Below are positions 57,690 to 64,000 of a stretch of DNA of 64,000 nucleotides, piece by piece; within the stretch, counting starts at the first letter, position 1; each line of letters begins with the position of its first letter. The notes under the pieces were generated by a model. The model had not been told where the DNA came from and did not search any database. It was given only the letters and a program-made list of their open reading frames with translations. The stretch is from assembly GCF_009914755.1 (NCBI RefSeq), contig NC_060926.1, one strand, 5' to 3'. The position numbers were made by a program, and so were the translations under genes. This DNA comes from the human T2T-CHM13v2.0 reference genome, Homo sapiens.

Positions 57690-57900
57690 CATAGCTACCA
57701 TTTACTGAGTTCCTAGTCTAAGCAAGGTAATATACTAGGGAACCTCCATAAACTGCATTATTTAATTCTCAAAATATCTATTATTATATGTAGTGTATAC
57801 TTATTTTACCAACGAAATAACTACTTCTCAGAGGGTACATACCCAATGTCATATAGCTGTGAAATGGCAGAATTGGATATTTATTCCATGTCTGTTTTAA
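57690..57900 (-). mobile_element. MIR fragment
   Basis: ATAGCTACCATTTACTGAG, ATTTAATTCTCA, CCCAATGTCATATAGCT..AAATGGCAGA. Confidence 0.7.
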
Positions 57901-58071
57901 AGTCTACAGTTAGTTTGTGGACCCTTGGCCTGAGAAGGAATGTGGTATTTAGACAAATAAAATGACAACTTTGTGTAGACTGGTGAATGAAAATGAGAAT
58001 AATTGTTCATTTACTATTTTCTATGGTTTCTGATGAAAATAAAAGTAGAAGTTCTGCTTTTTAAAAGCTGA

Positions 58072-58406
<335 letters not shown>

Positions 58407-59557
58407 TCCTTTCTTTAATGGATGCCTAGAGGCCATGACACTAGGTCTTATATCAATTTTTAAAATCTAGCTAATGGTGGCTCACATGGTTTGCAGACTG
58501 GTGGGGAGGAAGTACTATTTTCAGTTTTTACTTTTAACCACTCTAATCCCAAAAGATAATATAACAACATATGTGTCACATGACATATTTAGTCCTATTG
58601 TATGTTTTATGAGAGGTGGCTATAAAAGTGAACTTTTCAAATTCAATAATCTTATAGCAATTACACACTTAGAAAGATAGCTCTGGGTATTTGCTTCTTA
58701 AAAATAAATTGTACTACAATTTAAAGATTCACACACACGTACACACATGCTTATATAATAACCTTTTGTTCAGAGAAGCAGCACAAAGGTGTCAGTCAAG
58801 TTGATATAACTAAAGGCCTGGAAAAAAATCTTGCAGAACTGTTTCATGTATCTTGGAGCAAAAATACACTTAAATGTTTTCAATTCTATTTCTTATAAAT
58901 TTGAGTAACTCTTAATATCCTATACTATAAATTGTGAAGGGTGAATTCTCATGTTTATGGAATTCTTCATGGAGAGAATAATACTATGTTGTTTATGGCT
59001 AATAGATTTCATTGCTTTTGGATTATACTGATGACTATTTCAAGGCAATAGTACTTCAAAATAGTGTTACATATTCCACCCTAATATTTCTTTCCTAACA
59101 CTCATAAATTAGGCATATCATTTAAATATTTTACAATTTTTCCTTTTTTATGTGTTAAATTTTAATACTATTCTTATTTTACTATACCTTACATTTGTAA
59201 AACGCTTTATATTTTCCAAAGAAATATACATATGATGTATTTTATAGCATATATATATTTGTATGGTTCCTTTTCATATACGTAAGATAATTACTACGTA
59301 CATCTGAATTAATGGACTGTTATGCATTCTAGGCTAATGAAAAATTCTAATATGTTATATGCTTATATTTAATCTGTACTATAATATGAACTTCTAATAT
59401 TTTAAAATAAAGAATATCCCTTTATTTAGTTAGCTAAGTTTCACAAAATTCTTCATAGTTAATGGTAGTCAACTGTTCCTACTGGATGAGTCATTCTTTT
59501 TTCATTTAATGTTGAGAAAATTGCCTCTTCACATCAATTTGGCCACATAGGTGAATT

Positions 59558-59639
59558 TTATCCATATCGTAACCAGATATTTAGATGGGATGCAGGACCA
59601 AAATTTGTGACACTCCACTTAATACCTTCTACTTCTTCT
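59558..59639 (-). other. Candidate terminal coding exon of an unidentified gene (EEVEGIKWSVTNFGPASHLNIWLRYG*)
   Basis: Minus strand: branch-point-like ACTAAT, TTTTAACAG acceptor, 26-codon open frame to TAA, AATAAA ~130 nt downstream (59421-59426); non-repetitive context; protein not recognised. Confidence 0.3.
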
Positions 59640-60911
59640 CTGTTAAAATTGAATAATGTATTAGTTTGTCTACTTAAAATTTTCTTGTCTGGTACACTTA
59701 AGTTTTGTTTAGTACATTATGTTACATATAAATAATTACTTTGAATGAGATAGGTGAAGCAAAATAAGGCTTATGATGAAAATCCAATATGATTCTTGGA
59801 ATCCTTTTAAATATTTAAATTTAAAAAGAGGCTTTCATACTTTTCTTTGTTCCCCATATCTGACTCACTCTAACTCTATAAGTCATCAATGCACAAATGT
59901 AAAATTATTGTCTTAGGAAGTTAGAGTGAGTCAGATATAACCTATCTGTTGGATAAAAGACGTAATTGTTATAGTTAGTATGCTGGAATTATGAGTAAAG
60001 CCTCAAACAACTAATTAAGACACACTAGAAAATGCTGCATATAAGAGGGAGATATTTTAAGTACAGCTTTAAAATAAAGTCCAAGTGAAAACCAATAAAA
60101 TGTATTATCTATTGAGCTATTTTTGATAAACATTCATGTTTAAAATTTAAATAGTGAAGTGTTAGATACTTAAACATGAAAACAGTTTTGCCATTCTAAT
60201 GAATTATTCATAAGCTTTAATAAGCAATCGAAACATGCTTGACATAATTATGTAATTTAATATATATATTTAACGAAATAATAACTATGTACTATGTGCC
60301 AGATATTGTACTCAGTCCCGTGAAGCAATGATACAGTCTCTACCTTCCTAGGATTCACGCTCAAAAAGAGGTATGACCATATGGTATATGTAAGTGAAAA
60401 AATCTTGAGAGATTGCGTATGTGTAATTGCTTCTTACATTGATTCCTGATGGCACTTAACATTTTACTTCATATCTGCCTTTTGATTTGCAGAAGTACAC
60501 GGAAGTTACAAAGCAGCAAATCCACATTGCCATAACTGAATGCCAATACTTTTCCACATTGTCCTGATTTCTGCCTGGTTACTTATCTCTGTTTATGAAT
60601 TCTGGACAGTAGTATAATAAGTCTTTTCCATATTTTCCTACTTTCTATTTAGTTACTTTTCTCTGTCAATGAATGCTAAATAGCATACATAGTCAGGCTG
60701 GCATTACCACAAATTTTGTTGGCAGTGATTTGTTGCTCTCCGTGGTACTGAAATATCATTGTGGGCTGAAAATTAGTTGTTTTTTCCTAATTCTTTGACA
60801 GGAGTGATTACTGCCCAATCAAGAATTCAAAACATGGAGAGAAAAGGTCTGATGGGGGGAAGGAAAGATCAAAAACAGAAAGTCTTAAAGGAAAGATTTA
60901 ACTGTTCATCA

Positions 60912-62846
<1,935 letters not shown>

Positions 62847-64000
62847 AATAAATGGTTGGATTTATTTATCCATTCAACAGGAATTTACTGTACGAAAGGC
62901 ACTGTGCTTTGAATAAAGTTACAACAACCACCTCCCTATATAAACAAATAAATCTATTTTTTTTGCTCTCATATATCCTACTATATAGTGGAGAAAATAT
63001 ATACAAATCACCGTCATGGAAAAATGTAAATTTGCCACTGTGTTTGGTGCAAATGACAGATGATATAAGGCTTTATGGATAATAAGATAAACTAGAGCAA
63101 ATTTGAGTGTATTAGTATAAAGCTTAGTTTAAAACTAATTATACTTTCTTCATGTCATGAAATTATTGTTACAAAACCTATAATAATAAGATATATTGAA
63201 TCATAAGACTTCCAAATAAAACAAATAAAACTTTAAAACTTTTAATGAGATATTGCTTTCATAAAGTCAACATTTTAACAAAAGATTTTATGCTTGAAGT
63301 AGCTATATTATTTACTGATTGTGACATTTTAAATGATTGTGTAATAGGTTTATCATCATAAATGATGACAAAATTTGTCTGCACAAGTATAGGTGAGAAA
63401 GATTGTAAACATTTGCTTCTATGACCAAATATTTACATCAGTTAAAATCTTATTTAAAATATATCATCTCTACTTTTCTTTCATTAATTGATTCAAATTT
63501 TTTTGTGGCTATCCATGGATTTTATCAAATCTATTCAACATAATGATAAAGCTTGAATATGAAGAATGCCCGTGCATTATAAGAACAGTCAATCTGCAGC
63601 TGACATGGTTACCACTAAAATAACAAATCAACTATATATGAAATAGAATTACTTAATCTTTATGTTGCTAAATCTTTGTGTTATTAGCTGGAGCTATTCC
63701 CACTAGCAGTTCCTGCCCAACCTCCTTGCTTTCCCACCCACAATGGGCTATACTTTGAACTGCACATGCAGGCTATTCTCCAAGAAGCTCTTATCAAGTT
63801 TCTTATGATCCAGGCTATCTAATTACGGGCCCTAGCAACTTGAGGCTACACTACTTGGCTACTTCTGATGGGTGTAGTGATCGATATGTTATGGCATATC
63901 TATAAACTATTTGTGGTGCAGAGTTGAAAAGCTCAACTCTTAGCCTATTTCAATTTTCTTCTAGAATTTATTATCACCTGACGTAAATACACACCTACTT

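Overview
Primate (human-like) AT-rich, repeat-dense genomic DNA. No intact protein-coding gene, RNA gene or CRISPR-like system is supportable. Nearly all ORFs in the track are Alu, L1 or MaLR read-throughs or chance ORFs. Contents: 9 Alus, several L1s, two complete MaLR proviruses (THE1B-like, MST-like), solo LTRs (MER31-, MSTA-, MSTC/D-, MLT2A-, LTR33-like), DNA transposons (MER20, MER58A, MER44 x2, MER63A), and L2/MIR relics. The L1s are a near-full-length 3'-broken L1PB-like copy, a 5'-truncated L1PA, a 5'-inverted L1PA2-like copy and old L1M fragments. A ~10 kb ERVL remnant (13058-23163) holds a deep nest of later insertions. The most notable observations are: (a) several local template-switch or fold-back scars, including a ~145 bp inverted copy of nearby DNA inside an LTR and a perfect hairpin at an L1/ERVL deletion junction; (b) a textbook twin-priming L1; (c) DUX4-type motifs in and near MaLR/ERVL LTRs; (d) a candidate minus-strand terminal coding exon near 59.6 kb. 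Subfamily names come from remembered consensus sequences and need RepeatMasker/Dfam confirmation.
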